Shown here: one piece after another, positions 62,336 to 64,000 of the stretch | How positions within the stretch are numbered: position 1 is the first letter of the stretch | Layout of the letters: every line of letters starts with the position of its first letter | Source of the DNA: Octopus bimaculoides | Lineage: Eukaryota | Reading direction: 5' to 3' | Length of the DNA: 64,000 bases | Assembly: GCF_001194135.2 (NCBI RefSeq) | Contig: NC_068992.1 | Location: 66,544,544-66,608,543, forward strand | Made by a program: the position numbers and the translations under genes | Notes under the pieces: model-generated | Told to the model about the DNA's origin: nothing | Database searches by the model: none | Seen by the model: the letters and a program-made list of their open reading frames with translations, nothing else

Positions 62336-64000
62336 ACTGGGTACCTTGTGGTAGAGCAGAATCCCTGTTTTCAGTTTAGTCATGGTTTGTTTATGGCAAA
62401 TGGTATTTTGAATGTATAATTTATATTTTGGGTATTTTAATTAATTAGTGAAGTAAATTGAAACCTGTATGCATTAGTGTATTCATTCATGCATACACTT
62501 GCTTGTTAGCTATATATATATATGTATGTATATAGCTACCTCTGTGTGATGATTAACTTTAAAGTACAATTACTTCTACAATATCTAATCAGGTGGATTT
62601 GATGTCTTGATCCAATAGCTATGGTTGGAGAAAAAACAAAGTTTAGAAACCAAACTGAAACATCTTGCAGGAGAGCCTGATATTTTTTTTCTGGATTCAG
62701 TGAGGCAAAAATGGACAGTTTTTTTCCTTTTTTTTCTTTTGGTGGAACTGTCTGGAAAATACTCTTATTTATTTTATAATATTCCGTGTACAGTGTTTTG
62801 TTGTTCAACAAACCCCCATCTCTTCTTTGATCCACATTATATCCTTTTTGCTTTGTCATTTTTGAAATCTCAGTTATTTAGCAGCCTTGTTGGTCATCTA
62901 TTTAACATTCATGTTCCAGAGGTGGCCACCACCATCCCATCTCTCTTTTATTTATATATAATTATATATATATTTTTTTTGAAACTATAAGTGACCAAAC
63001 CATTTTTGATTGGACCAAATAGTTTGATGTTATTTCAAGAAGTCAGAAATAACTTCAATATACCAAATCTATATTTGCCCTCCCCGTCTCCTCATTCTCT
63101 TTTTCTTTTTTTTTCTTCTTTCATATAATCAATCCAGCAGATGATATCTATGCATGTTCTGCTGGAGTCACAACAACAACAACAGACAATTTAAAAGAAG
63201 ACATGAAAGAACAATAAAAATTGCTGCTAGATTTACTGTTCTATGTAGAACTACCACCACCACCACCACCACCATTACTACTATTACATTATCCTAGCAG
63301 TGTATGCATGTCTACCCCCTCCTCCACAAAAAAAAAAAATCTAACCTTTCATAATAATTTCTTATGATAAAATGCTTTTTGTTTTCTTCCAAAAGTGTAG
63401 AGGAAAATAGCTCTGCAAGGAAAAACATTTCAAAAGAAAAGAATAAAACAGTCTGAAACAAATGTTGAGTAAAATTACAAATTTGAAGGAAAAGGCTTTA
63501 AAAATATGACAAAGACTAAAAAGACAAGCAGTTTTTTTCCATAAATAAAGAGAAAATTGATATTTATTCTTTGTTGTTCTTTTAGCTCTGATCTCTCTCT
63601 CTCTCTATCTACATATATATATATATAGTTAAAATAAAACAATAACAAAAAAACATCAAAGTGAGGACGTGATATGGATAGTATTATTGGACGCTCAGGA
63701 AAGGAAAGAGAGAGTGTACAACGTTTCGGGCGTAGCCCTTCGTCGGAAAGATGGAAAGTTCGAGAAATACCCGGCGTTGCCCGGGTTAAAGAGAATACTG
63801 AAATCTAAAAACGCCGTCTAGACTACACATCATCTTTATATATAGAGATGTATATACATACACGCACCCAAACACACGTATATATATGTATATAAATATA
63901 TGAAAGTCAATGAAGTTTCGTAAAAGAAGGTGATCATGTACATACTTTCTTGCTGTTGTGATTATAACACCTCATTGTAAACTATGTTCCTTGTTTTCCC

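Overview
AT-rich eukaryotic genomic DNA. The repeat families, microsatellite density and short N gaps suggest a coleoid cephalopod, probably Octopus (inference). The window is dominated by one plus-strand gene of at least 15 coding exons (5212-58103) encoding an ACK-family non-receptor tyrosine kinase of the Drosophila PR2/Ack-like type. Domain order is kinase, SH3, CRIB, a long Pro/Ser-rich region, then a UBA-like C-terminus. All 14 introns I reconstructed are GT-AG and phase-compatible, giving 4704 nt (1567 aa plus stop) visible. The start codon and N-terminus lie upstream of the window. Introns contain SINE-like elements, LINE RT relics, micro- and minisatellites and several long inverted repeats. 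The main finds are: (1) a Borg/CDC42EP-type CRIB extension plus a Borg BD3-like (septin-binding) motif inside this kinase; (2) two unrelated foldback elements carrying mirror-image minimal type I hammerhead ribozyme motifs; (3) a candidate 819-nt exitron and other alternative-splicing signals; (4) several intronic dsRNA hairpins. All alignments were done by eye, family comparisons are from memory, and repeat boundaries are approximate.
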